IMG/VR virus record: IMGVR_UViG_2548876869_000012 | Source: a virus | Taxonomy: Duplodnaviria; Heunggongvirae; Uroviricota; Caudoviricetes | Length of the DNA stretch: 34,288 nt | Direction: 5' to 3' (one strand) | Part shown: positions 18,369-27,841 of the stretch, piece by piece | How positions within the stretch are numbered: the first letter of the stretch is position 1 | How the letters are laid out: every line of letters starts with the position of its first letter | Program-made: the position numbers and the translations under genes | The notes under the pieces: generated by a model | Told to the model about the DNA's origin: nothing | Databases searched by the model: none | The model's input: the letters and a program-made list of their open reading frames with translations, nothing else

Positions 18369-18877
18369 CAGATTTGACTCACGATGCAGCGCGGCTTGTC
18401 CTGGATACGCGCCACCGCCCAGCGCATATCCCGCCACAGCTCATCAATGGTGCTGTCAATGCTGTCGGCCTTCTTGTCGCCCTTGGCACTGGCATCCACG
18501 CCGCGGTAACGCTCATAAAGCGACGCGGTCGCCATCGCACACACGGCGCGCTCGTAGTAAAAAACTTTGATGCTTTCACCGTCGATGTCGTCCGCCGGGA
18601 CGTCAGCCAGACGCGAAAAACCGGCGGCAATTTTCTGTTCGCGGTACTCGTACAGCTCCGCATTCGTCTCCGCCATGCCTGACTTGATGGCCTCACGCAG
18701 ACGGGCGGGGGCGACGGTCTGCTCAAGGCGCATACGTTCCCGGACGCGCTTCGGGTCAATATCGGGAAAAAAGAACGTGTTTTTAATCACCGGCTCGTCG
18801 CCTGCCGGTTGCGGGATAACCACCGTACCCTCACCGGACACGGGAGCCTCCTTTCGCGGAATAATCAGCGTCATCAT
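18368..18877 (-). CDS. L: Head completion protein L (169 aa)
   Basis: Start at MMTLIIPRKEAPVSGEG... with an AGAGG RBS; 169 aa as in P2 L. Confidence 0.85.
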   Translation of the reverse strand: MMTLIIPRKEAPVSGEGTVVIPQPAGDEPVIKNTFFFPDIDPKRVRERMRLEQTVAPARLREAIKSGMAETNAELYEYREQKIAAGFSRLADVPADDIDGESIKVFYYERAVCAMATASLYERYRGVDASAKGDKKADSIDSTIDELWRDMRWAVARIQDKPRCIVSQI

Positions 18878-18976
18878 GACTACCTCTGAAAAGTCGGGCG
18901 GTGGACGCCGGTGCAGTGTCAGGTGATTCACCGTCACTGACCGGCGTGCCGCCCTGGCGCGGGGCGCATTCGGTTG

Positions 18977-19720
18977 TTAACTGGCTTTCTTTTTCGGGCG
19001 TCCACGTTTTGCCGGTGTCACGCTCCGGGTCTTACGCGGAGTGCGGGTGGCCGCTTTGGGCTGCGGCTCCGGCTTCGGTTTCAGCTCCCGCTCCAGTCGT
19101 TCAATCTCTTTTTTGACGCCTGCCTGACAGTCGAGCTGTGTCGCACGTTGCAGGTGTACCAGCGCACCTGCGGCATCACCAGCGTCACGCAGAAACAGAC
19201 CGGTGATTTTGTGCAGCTTTGCGCGCACTTCATCAGGCATGTCAGCCGTGGCGGTCAGTTCGAGGGTGTCCGTCAGCAGGCGGGGATCCACAGACTCACC
19301 GGCAGCGTGAGCGCGCATGGCCGCAAGCGCCACCTCCTCGGTGAACATGTACGGCGGGGTGCGGCGGTGTTTACCCGGCATGGTCAGACCGTACTTCAGG
19401 GCATAACGGGCAATCTCCAGCGCACCGGCAATATCGCCGGTATCCAGACGCCACAGCATGACCGTCATCAGAATGTCATCCTGTGCACCTTTGCCCTGCT
19501 CCAGCACGCCGTTCACCCACGGCAACCAGAACGGCAGCAGTTCGCGTTTTTTCGCGGCCTTCAGCTCTTTTGAATAAATCGCTTTCAGTGTGCGCTGGTC
19601 TGCGGCCAGCTTGACCAGCATCTGCTCATAGACAGTTGCATGTCGCAGCGGGGCGGCTTCCCGCTGCGCGGTCATCGCTGCCGAGACCCGCATCATGTGG
19701 CGCTGTGCGGGACTCGTCAT
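18977..19720 (-). CDS. M: Terminase small (endonuclease) subunit M (247 aa)
   Basis: P2 synteny and length. Confidence 0.85.
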   Translation of the reverse strand: MTSPAQRHMMRVSAAMTAQREAAPLRHATVYEQMLVKLAADQRTLKAIYSKELKAAKKRELLPFWLPWVNGVLEQGKGAQDDILMTVMLWRLDTGDIAGALEIARYALKYGLTMPGKHRRTPPYMFTEEVALAAMRAHAAGESVDPRLLTDTLELTATADMPDEVRAKLHKITGLFLRDAGDAAGALVHLQRATQLDCQAGVKKEIERLERELKPKPEPQPKAATRTPRKTRSVTPAKRGRPKKKAS

Positions 19721-19723
19721 CGG

Positions 19724-20797
19724 TTACGCTCCCGGCTCTGCGGTCGCTTTAGCCGGTGTGGAGAAATCACCGACCTTAATTTTTTCCACCAGACAACCGG
19801 CGGCGTAGTCCTCCACCACGTAATCAATGTTCATTGACTCGTAGTTCTCCACGCGGTCGAGTTTCGGGTTTTCCACAATCACGCGGCGATGGCTGTCATC
19901 CATGTAGTAGATGGACAGGTTTTCCAGCTTCGTGATGAGCATCGCATCCGCCGGGAAGTACGGGACGCGTACCGCCGGCAGGTTACCGATGCGTTTCTGG
20001 CTGATGATGACGTCAGCGGCCAGCATCTCGCTGTTATCCTGCTCCTTGTTGACGATAGGGAAATACTTGTCCGCCAGTAGCTGACGCCCCACAATCACCA
20101 CAAGGTCAGGGTCTTCCTGATACCAAGGTTCAATCAGGTTGTTGGTCGCATCCATCACCAGTGCATCGAGGCTTACATAATCACCGCCCTTACCCACGCG
20201 GATAACCTCAGAGGTGGTGCGGCCTTCCTCGTCAGTGACCTTGCTCATCACGCGCGCCGGGGCTTCATTGCGGTATTTCTGCAGCCAGCCGACCGCCACA
20301 TCCTGCAGCATCGGATTACTGTTGCGGTCAGAGGTTTCGGCACGCTTCACGCCGTTAAAACCGGCCATGATGAAATCAAGGGACTGGCGTTTGATAATGG
20401 CGTTACGGACACGGAGCTGGAAATCCTGATAACGTGCCCACAGGTCAAGCGTTTTGTAGCGGATATAAAAATCGAAGTTAACCTGGTCGCATTCGTACTT
20501 GTTTGACGCCAGCTTCGAGAAGTCCTTCGGCTGACGCTCGGTGCCACCGGCGGTGTCGGTGGTGCTGGCGATGGAGCCGGTGACACCGATGCCAATTTTT
20601 TCCCCTTTCATTTCACTGACCGGCACAATGTTGATGCGGGTCAGAAAGTCAGAGGACTCCTGCATGGTGTTCATCAGGGTCTGGGTGACCGACGGTTCAA
20701 CGGTGAATTTTTTCGACACATCACCGGCGTCGATGCCGTTCAGCTCGGCAACACGGGACAGGTAAGCATTAAATTTAAAGCGGGTTTCCTGGCGCAT
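19724..20797 (-). CDS. N: Major capsid protein N (357 aa)
   Basis: P2 synteny and length. Confidence 0.9.
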   Translation of the reverse strand: MRQETRFKFNAYLSRVAELNGIDAGDVSKKFTVEPSVTQTLMNTMQESSDFLTRINIVPVSEMKGEKIGIGVTGSIASTTDTAGGTERQPKDFSKLASNKYECDQVNFDFYIRYKTLDLWARYQDFQLRVRNAIIKRQSLDFIMAGFNGVKRAETSDRNSNPMLQDVAVGWLQKYRNEAPARVMSKVTDEEGRTTSEVIRVGKGGDYVSLDALVMDATNNLIEPWYQEDPDLVVIVGRQLLADKYFPIVNKEQDNSEMLAADVIISQKRIGNLPAVRVPYFPADAMLITKLENLSIYYMDDSHRRVIVENPKLDRVENYESMNIDYVVEDYAAGCLVEKIKVGDFSTPAKATAEPGA

Positions 20798-20855
20798 AGT
20801 TTTTCCTGAAATTAAGGGTTAATCGTGAAGGTTTTCCCGGACTGACTGACGCCGG

Positions 20856-21710
20856 TCAGCAGTTCGTCATCAGGGCGTCACCGCCACCACCGGTGGCCTT
20901 GCTGCGGCGCTGCTGGGTCAGACTTTCGGTGTGGTCGAGACTGTTTTTCAGGCGGGTGAATGCCTGGCTGGTTTCATCCGCCCTGTCAGTCACCTCCTGC
21001 TTAAGTGCAGAAAAGGCGGTTTCCATCTCAGCGAGGCGCTGCTCAGTGGCGCTCAGTTTTTCCTGCACATGTTCAGCAACAGCGGTCACCGCTTCATGCA
21101 CGTCATTCAGACGGGCATCATCGCTGGCCTGTTTGCGGCCAAAAATGGATTTCACCTTTTCGGTCAGGGCGGTGAACACGGTTTCAGGCAGGTCTTCAAA
21201 TTCCAGCTCAACAGGCGTTGCCACTGAAATCAGGTTTTCAGGGCTTAATTTGAAGCGGTTCAGGGGGTTGTGTTTTGCCGTGCGGCAGAATTCCAGGTAT
21301 TCCGTGCCGAGGCTTGCCGGGTCATCGGTGACGGCCAGACCCACCAGATAACATTTGCCGGTGTTGGCAAAGTTCGGCTGAATTTCCATTGAGGTGTAGA
21401 CCTTCTGCGCGGCCTTGTTCATCGCGATAAGGTCATCGGTCGGGGTGATTTTCGCAAACAGCGCCCATTTGCCTTTCAGCGCCGAATCATCGTCAATCTT
21501 TTCGGCCTTCAGTTCGGCCACATCGCCATAACGCTTAAAAATACCGTCAGGCAGGATGCCGCGCAGATGTTCCAGGTTAATGCGGCAACCATAGACACGC
21601 GGGTCAAAGGTTTCGGCCATTTCCTGAATATCCTGCGCACTGATGACACGCCCGTCACAGGTGTCACCCTCAACGCCGATACGAAAGAATTTTGAGACTT
21701 TTTTTGCCAT
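20856..21710 (-). CDS. O: Capsid scaffolding protein O (284 aa)
   Basis: Start at MAKKVSKFFRIGVEGDTCDGRV... gives 284 aa as in P2 O; the track ORF is extended upstream. Confidence 0.85.
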   Translation of the reverse strand: MAKKVSKFFRIGVEGDTCDGRVISAQDIQEMAETFDPRVYGCRINLEHLRGILPDGIFKRYGDVAELKAEKIDDDSALKGKWALFAKITPTDDLIAMNKAAQKVYTSMEIQPNFANTGKCYLVGLAVTDDPASLGTEYLEFCRTAKHNPLNRFKLSPENLISVATPVELEFEDLPETVFTALTEKVKSIFGRKQASDDARLNDVHEAVTAVAEHVQEKLSATEQRLAEMETAFSALKQEVTDRADETSQAFTRLKNSLDHTESLTQQRRSKATGGGGDALMTNC

Positions 21711-21883
21711 TGTCAGGAGTCCTGAATAGTGATTAGAGGAGTCACATGTCGGCATCAGTTTCCCGACGATGCGCATCCTCCGCCATCAGTCCCGGATGGT
21801 TTATCACTGACACAACAGCACATTAGCGAATCGCGGGGCGCGACTCAGTAGCCTTGCCGTGTATTCATCACGGCGAGGTATTC

Positions 21884-23656
21884 ATGACCATCACCACAGA
21901 CACCACTCTTTTACACGACCCGCGTCGTCAGGCGGCGCTGCTGTACTGGCAGGGGTTTTCCGTGCCGCAGATTGCCGCCATGTTGCAGATGAAACGCCCG
22001 ACGGTGCAGAGCTGGAAACAGCGCGACGGCTGGGACAGCGTTGCCCCCATCAGCCGTGTCGAAATGAGTCTGGAAGCGCGGCTGACCCAGCTCATCATCA
22101 AACCGCAGAAAACCGGCGGTGACTTCAAGGAAATTGACCTGCTGGGACGCCAGATTGAACGACTGGCACGGGTCAACCGTTACAGTCAGACCGGCAACGA
22201 GGCAGACCTTAATCCGAACGTCGCTAACCGCAACAAAGGCGGGCGTCGCAAACCGAAAAAGAATTTTTTCAGCGACGAAGCCATCGAAAAGCTGGAGCAG
22301 ATTTTCTTTGAGCAGTCTTTCGAATATCAGTTGCACTGGTATCGCGCCGGGCTTGAGCACCGCATCCGCGATATCCTGAAATCCCGCCAGATTGGCGCAA
22401 CGTTTTATTTTTCCCGCGAGGCGCTGCTGCGTGCCCTGAAAACCGGTCATAACCAGATTTTTCTGTCGGCCAGTAAAACGCAGGCGTATGTGTTCCGCGA
22501 ATACATCATCGCCTTTGCCCGGCTGGTTGACGTTGACCTGACCGGTGACCCGATTGTCCTGGGCAATAACGGCGCAAAACTGATTTTTCTCGGCACCAAC
22601 TCCAACACCGCGCAGAGCCATAACGGCGACCTGTACGTCGACGAGATTTTCTGGATCCCGAATTTTCAGGTACTGCGTAAGGTGGCATCAGGTATGACCT
22701 CACAGAGTCACCTGCGCTCGACCTATTTCTCCACCCCGTCCACGCTGGCGCACGACGCCTACCCGTTCTGGTCGGGTGAACTGTTTAACCGGGGACGCGC
22801 CAGCGCCGCCGAACGCGTGGAAATCGACGTCAGTCATAACGCCCTTGCCGGTGGGCTTCTCTGTGCGGACGGCCAGTGGCGACAGATTGTCACCATTGAG
22901 GACGCGCTGAAAGGCGGCTGCACGCTGTTCGACATTGAGCAGCTCAAACGCGAAAACAGCGCCGACGATTTTAAAAACCTGTTCATGTGTGAATTTGTTG
23001 ACGACAAGGCATCGGTGTTCCCGTTCGAGGAGCTGCAACGCTGCATGGTCGACACGCTGGAAGAATGGGAAGACTATGCACCCTTTGCCGCCAATCCGTT
23101 CGGCTCCCGCCCGGTATGGATTGGTTACGACCCGTCACACCGTGGCGACAGCGCCGGATGCGTGGTGCTGGCACCGCCGGTGGTGGCCGGTGGCAAATTC
23201 AGAATACTTGAGCGTCACCAGTGGAAAGGCATGGACTTTGCCACCCAGGCGGAATCCATCCGCAAACTCACCGAAAAATACAACGTCGAATACATCGGTA
23301 TTGATGCCACCGGCCTCGGTGTCGGCGTGTTCCAGCTCGTGCGCTCGTTCTATCCTGCCGCGCGCGACATCCGCTACACGCCGGAAATGAAAACCGCAAT
23401 GGTGCTCAAGGCAAAAGACGTTATCCGCCGTGGCTGTCTGGAATACGACGTCAGCGCCACCGACATCACCAGCTCGTTTATGGCTATCCGCAAGACCATG
23501 ACCAGCAGCGGACGCAGCGCCACCTATGAGGCCAGCCGCAGCGAGGAAGCCAGCCACGCCGACCTCGCCTGGGCGACCATGCACGCCCTGTTAAATGAGC
23601 CACTCACCGCCGGTATCAGCACCCCGCTGACATCCACCATTCTGGAGTTTTACTGA
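21884..23656 (+). CDS. P: Terminase large (ATPase) subunit P (590 aa)
   Basis: ATG at 21884 (MTITTDTTLLHDPRRQAALLYWQGF...) with a GAGG RBS; 590 aa as in P2 P; divergent from O. Confidence 0.9.
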   Translation: MTITTDTTLLHDPRRQAALLYWQGFSVPQIAAMLQMKRPTVQSWKQRDGWDSVAPISRVEMSLEARLTQLIIKPQKTGGDFKEIDLLGRQIERLARVNRYSQTGNEADLNPNVANRNKGGRRKPKKNFFSDEAIEKLEQIFFEQSFEYQLHWYRAGLEHRIRDILKSRQIGATFYFSREALLRALKTGHNQIFLSASKTQAYVFREYIIAFARLVDVDLTGDPIVLGNNGAKLIFLGTNSNTAQSHNGDLYVDEIFWIPNFQVLRKVASGMTSQSHLRSTYFSTPSTLAHDAYPFWSGELFNRGRASAAERVEIDVSHNALAGGLLCADGQWRQIVTIEDALKGGCTLFDIEQLKRENSADDFKNLFMCEFVDDKASVFPFEELQRCMVDTLEEWEDYAPFAANPFGSRPVWIGYDPSHRGDSAGCVVLAPPVVAGGKFRILERHQWKGMDFATQAESIRKLTEKYNVEYIGIDATGLGVGVFQLVRSFYPAARDIRYTPEMKTAMVLKAKDVIRRGCLEYDVSATDITSSFMAIRKTMTSSGRSATYEASRSEEASHADLAWATMHALLNEPLTAGISTPLTSTILEFY

Positions 23657-24690
23657 TGAGCAAGAAAAAAGGGAAAACACCGCAACCTGCGGCAAAAACA
23701 ATGATCGCCAGCGCCCCGAAAATGGAGGCATTCACCTTTGGCGAGCCGGTACCGGTACTCGACCGCCGTGACATTCTGGATTACGTCGAATGCATCAGTA
23801 ACGGCAGATGGTATGAGCCACCGGTCAGCTTTACCGGTCTGGCAAAAAGCCTGCGTGCTGCCGTGCATCACAGCTCGCCGATTTACGTTAAACGCAATAT
23901 TCTGGCCTCGACATTTATCCCGCATCCGTGGCTTTCACAGCAGAATTTCAGCCGCTTTGTGCTGGACTTTCTGGTGTTCGGTAATGCGTTTCTGGAAAAG
24001 CGTTACAGCACCACCGGTAAGGTCATCAGACTGGAAACCTCACCGGCAAAATATACCCGCCGTGGCGTGGAAGAGGATGTTTACTGGTGGGTGCCGTCCT
24101 TCCATGAGCCGACACCTTTCGCGCCCGGCTCCGTGTTTCACCTGCTGGAGCCGGATATTAATCAGGAGCTGTACGGTCTGCCGGAATATCTCAGCGCCCT
24201 TAACTCTGCCTGGCTGAATGAATCAGCCACGCTGTTCCGCCGCAAGTATTACGAAAACGGCGCTCATGCCGGATACATCATGTACGTTACCGATGCCGTG
24301 CAGGATCGCAACGATATCGAAATGCTTCGCGAAAACATGGTGAAGTCGAAAGGCCGCAACAACTTTAAAAACCTGTTTCTCTATGCCCCGCAGGGGAAAG
24401 CCGACGGCATTAAAATTATCCCGCTCAGTGAAGTGGCGACGAAGGACGATTTTTTTAATATCAAAAAAGCCAGCGCCGCTGACCTGCTGGACGCGCACCG
24501 CATCCCCTTTCAGTTGATGGGCGGCAAGCCGGAAAACGTCGGGTCTCTGGGTGATATTGAGAAAGTGGCAAAGGTCTTTGTCCGCAATGAACTTATCCCG
24601 CTACAGGACAGGATTCGGGAAATAAACGGCTGGCTCGGTCAGGAGGTCATCCGCTTTAAAAACTACTCACTGGACACTGACAACGGCTGA
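23656..24690 (+). CDS. Q: Portal protein Q (344 aa)
   Basis: Start overlaps the P stop (TGATG); P2 length. Confidence 0.9.
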   Translation: MSKKKGKTPQPAAKTMIASAPKMEAFTFGEPVPVLDRRDILDYVECISNGRWYEPPVSFTGLAKSLRAAVHHSSPIYVKRNILASTFIPHPWLSQQNFSRFVLDFLVFGNAFLEKRYSTTGKVIRLETSPAKYTRRGVEEDVYWWVPSFHEPTPFAPGSVFHLLEPDINQELYGLPEYLSALNSAWLNESATLFRRKYYENGAHAGYIMYVTDAVQDRNDIEMLRENMVKSKGRNNFKNLFLYAPQGKADGIKIIPLSEVATKDDFFNIKKASAADLLDAHRIPFQLMGGKPENVGSLGDIEKVAKVFVRNELIPLQDRIREINGWLGQEVIRFKNYSLDTDNG

Positions 24691-24695
24691 ACATC

Positions 24696-24717
24696 GCCGC
24701 CTGCGGGCGGCTTTTTT
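24696..24717 (+). terminator. Rho-independent terminator after Q
   Basis: Hairpin GCCGCC-TGCG-GGCGGC followed by TTTTTT. Confidence 0.65.
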
Positions 24718-24859
24718 ACAACCCGCCATCACGCCCTCACACGCTCACCACCGCACAAAACATCCCACAGACACACCAACGCCCCGGCGAACAATCTAAA
24801 CGCCATCACGACGCGCTCAGACGCTGAAAAAATAAAATCAGCACCACCGCCAGCGCGCA

Positions 24860-24878
24860 GTGCTTTCCCCGCCTCGCC
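24860..24878. other. cos: cos site (19-nt cohesive-end sequence, P2 type)
   Basis: GTGCTTTCCCCGCCTCGCC is the reverse complement of GGCGAGGCGGGGAAAGCAC, which I recall as the P2 cohesive end; located just past Q as in P2. Confidence 0.6.
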
Positions 24879-25025
24879 CGCCCGCTTCATGCAGGGCTTT
24901 AAATGCAGTGCAGCAGTAATGGTTAGAATGCGCCAGCACTGATGTTAGATACCAGAACTGGCATTTAAAAATGAATGCAAATAAATGCACCAAACTAATT
25001 ACTTACTGACAAAAAATAAGTAAAA

Positions 25026-25910
25026 TCAGGCGCAAGTTGGCATTGAGACCCCTTTCAGGGTATTAGGAATAATTATTTCAGGAGAAAAAATCATCACTTC
25101 CTCTCCAGATTTTTTGAGATGCGCTGTATATTGCAATGAATACTCAACTTGCGGAAATCCATTATAAATATCTTTAATTTCCTTAGCGTTATCATAAGAA
25201 ACAAGCCAATTTGGGAAATTAATTTCTGTGAGTTTCTTCATAACCAATACATGATCATCATGCTCATAAAAATTCCTGTAAAGCCCTTGTCCTTTAATAT
25301 AGTAAGGAGGATCCAAATACAAAAGAATTTTATTTTTATCCACCTTTCCCATATTATCCATAAAATTCAAGGCATCAAGAAAATCCAAAGCATCCAGATT
25401 AGTTACTACTATTCTTTGATTATAATTTGCTATCTTCTCAATTCTTGAAATTAAATCCGCCCTGTTAAAGCGAACATCCATTTTCCATTTTCCATTTTGT
25501 GATTTCCCGCCTATAACCCCCGCCTTGAGAATACCTGAACGATTTGTTCTATTTAAGAAAAACGCAGCAAAGCCAACCTCAAGCTTAGTAAACTCAGAAG
25601 GATTCGAAATAACATAGCGATGAAAAGACCATTCATCCATATCTATCTTTGCTCGGCTAATAAGTCGGCAAAGCTCATCAGTATCACTAACAACAGATGA
25701 CCAAAAAGAATAAACAGCAAAATCTGCATCATTTATATAGATTTTACGGACATACTCTTCCAATAATAATTCTAAAGCCACCCCTGCACCACCAGCGTAA
25801 GGTTCTGCATATGCTCCATCATTCAACGAGTTTTTTTCAATAACATCTTTTAAAAAGTAAGATAACTTACCTTTCCCGCCGGGGTATCTTAATGGAGTAT
25901 AAAATTTCAT
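25026..25910 (-). CDS. Dam-family DNA N6-adenine methyltransferase (294 aa)
   Basis: Motif I-like EPYAGGAGV near the N-terminus and catalytic DPPY (YLDPPYY); AT-rich cargo at the P2 tin/old position; ATG with GAGGG RBS. Confidence 0.8.
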   Translation of the reverse strand: MKFYTPLRYPGGKGKLSYFLKDVIEKNSLNDGAYAEPYAGGAGVALELLLEEYVRKIYINDADFAVYSFWSSVVSDTDELCRLISRAKIDMDEWSFHRYVISNPSEFTKLEVGFAAFFLNRTNRSGILKAGVIGGKSQNGKWKMDVRFNRADLISRIEKIANYNQRIVVTNLDALDFLDALNFMDNMGKVDKNKILLYLDPPYYIKGQGLYRNFYEHDDHVLVMKKLTEINFPNWLVSYDNAKEIKDIYNGFPQVEYSLQYTAHLKKSGEEVMIFSPEIIIPNTLKGVSMPTCA

Positions 25911-25979
25911 AAATCCCTCTCATTCCTGATTTTGTAGTTTATCAGTTTCTGGACATCCATGTCCAGATGTAGACAAATC

Positions 25980-27482
25980 TCACTCACTCCAAATAAGGCT
26001 TAATAACAACTCAAAGTTATCCCACTCAGTGTTGACAGCCTCTTTTGAGGGAATTAAGTGTGGGTTATGTACATACTGCTGCAATGAACCATCATGTTTA
26101 GTTATTTGGCTCGAGAAAGTTATTACAGCCGTACATTGACTCCCCGTCATCTTTTTATTTTCCCGAAGGAAATTAGCACACATTTTAACCTTATCATGAA
26201 GCCCTGGAGTTCTATGTGGTTCCTTAAATTGTAACTTGTTTTCTTCAACAAAAGTGCTTACAGAGAGATCTATAAATATTCTCAACAATATTGAGATAGC
26301 ATTAGGGGTGTTATCAAATGTCAGATGCGACTTAAGCTCATTAAATATTCTAGAGCATTTCTTATGCCCTCTAAAATTAAATTTCACATAAGATGGCACC
26401 AACACATTACGATCTACTTTAGGAGGAGTTTTTCCCTTGTTTTTATTCTGTTCCGTACCCGAAACTTTAGATTTACTCTCTTCTGTGCCTACATGTCTAG
26501 AATAATCATCTTCCTGTTTATCCACACCTGTATTCTTTAAGGCATCACCTTCTGAAAGACCTGCTTTCTTTACACTCACAGATGCATCATTTTTGTCAAT
26601 AGAATCATGTTTTTTCTCTGTAAGAAAAGATTTAGGCTCTAGTAAACTCCACGGCTTATCTAAAAGAGATTCTGAAGGTTTTATTTTTTGTTCAATAATA
26701 AATGTAACCCTGTCATCTTGGCTACGAATCCTATTAACAGTAAAACAAGCCTTACCTTTATCATCCTCTTCAATCATTACATCTAAAATATTTTTTAATT
26801 GTGCACAAAAACGTTCATAAGGCTGATATGAGTATAGAACTCCATTAATGCTTTTTAAATTAAAATAATCCCTCACCTTTAAATCACCAAAAAGACGCGT
26901 GATGTTTGTGATTTTTAAAAGTCTTTTTTTAGCAATTATCTCTTTATATAAATCAGTATTGAACTCTATAAATGTAAGTATTTGATTACCAAATGACTGC
27001 TTACCCATCCTAGCCAGATGTCGTGCTTTTTCTGTTGCAGTCCATTCAACTCTTCCAACTCCAGCATTTTGACCAGTATGCTTTAAATTGACCCAATGCT
27101 CATATTCATCATCGTCAAAAAGAACGCAGTTATCTATAACATTAATATCTTTAAGCTGAGTAATCTTAAGTTTTTCAAAAGCTTTCCGTGCTTTTTCTGT
27201 TGGTGCAAGTCTAGGAGAGTGTAAAAGTTTAAGGGCTGTAACTCGACGATTACCTTCAGCAACGACGAAAAAGCCAGATTCCTCTTCACTAGGATAAACT
27301 AATATGTTTTCAGACGGATCTAAACCTTTCGAAGCAATATCTTTAGCCAAGCGATAAATGCGGTCGTACTGCAAGTCAAGCATCTTGGCAATAGCATCAC
27401 GCTGATTTTCTGCTGACGTCGGGAAACGAGGGTTATCAACATCCAAAAGTAACTTATTGATATTCATTGATTTTAGTTGATT
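25980..27482 (-). CDS. ParB/Srx-superfamily N-terminal-domain protein with unassigned C-terminal domain (about 500 aa; alternative upstream ATG at 27554 gives 524 aa)
   Basis: N-terminus INKLLLDVDNPRF ... VVAEGNRRVTALKLL resembles the ParB N-terminal nuclease/CTPase fold (GxxRxxA box); preferred start ATG at 27480-27482 has a GAGGA RBS; AT-rich; sits 69 bp upstream of the Dam gene on the same strand. Confidence 0.6.
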   Translation of the reverse strand, partial: NQLKSMNINKLLLDVDNPRFPTSAENQRDAIAKMLDLQYDRIYRLAKDIASKGLDPSENILVYPSEEESGFFVVAEGNRRVTALKLLHSPRLAPTEKARKAFEKLKITQLKDINVIDNCVLFDDDEYEHWVNLKHTGQNAGVGRVEWTATEKARHLARMGKQSFGNQILTFIEFNTDLYKEIIAKKRLLKITNITRLFGDLKVRDYFNLKSINGVLYSYQPYERFCAQLKNILDVMIEEDDKGKACFTVNRIRSQDDRVTFIIEQKIKPSESLLDKPWSLLEPKSFLTEKKHDSIDKNDASVSVKKAGLSEGDALKNTGVDKQEDDYSRHVGTEESKSKVSGTEQNKNKGKTPPKVDRNVLVPSYVKFNFRGHKKCSRIFNELKSHLTFDNTPNAISILLRIFIDLSVSTFVEENKLQFKEPHRTPGLHDKVKMCANFLRENKKMTGSQCTAVITFSSQITKHDGSLQQYVHNPHLIPSKEAVNTEWDNFELLLSLIWSE

Positions 27483-27841
27483 CATCAACATATCCTCTGT
27501 TGAATCTTTATGATAAAAATTAATTATTTTTATCATAAATGATAGCGTAAACATAGTCTTATGAACGACATCAGCCCTGAAGCTTCAAAACTATCATTTA
27601 CGTTTGCGAGGCACCATCTATCACATTGATTTATAATAAGTATCTTTATTTTCACTGCATTGCTCTCAAAAAATCACATAGATGGAAATTCCCCGTTGAC
27701 ACACTCCCAAGTGATGCAGATACATTTCAAGTGCTTCATACACATGATAACGGCTATCCCCCTAAATTCTATGCGTTTCTTTTCCCTCCAGCACAAGGTT
27801 GAAATATCTTGCGTGCAGCTTTACTTTGTGAATCTTTGTCA

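Noticed and set aside
21711-21883. Search for an Ogr-type late-promoter box (TGT-N12-ACA) in the divergent O/P intergenic region
   Set aside because: Only an imperfect dyad TGTCGG-N10-CCGACG (21747-21768) with the wrong spacing was found; late promoters are surely present here and upstream of FI and V, but I cannot place them confidently by eye
24961-24988. AT-rich inverted repeat GCATTTA ... TAAATGC downstream of the Dam gene, considered as a terminator
   Set aside because: Weak AT-only stem with a 14-nt loop and no clear U-tract
25026-27482. Cargo genes considered as P2 old and tin homologues
   Set aside because: No Walker A or TOPRIM-like motifs and different sizes; the recognisable signatures are ParB-like and Dam-like instead
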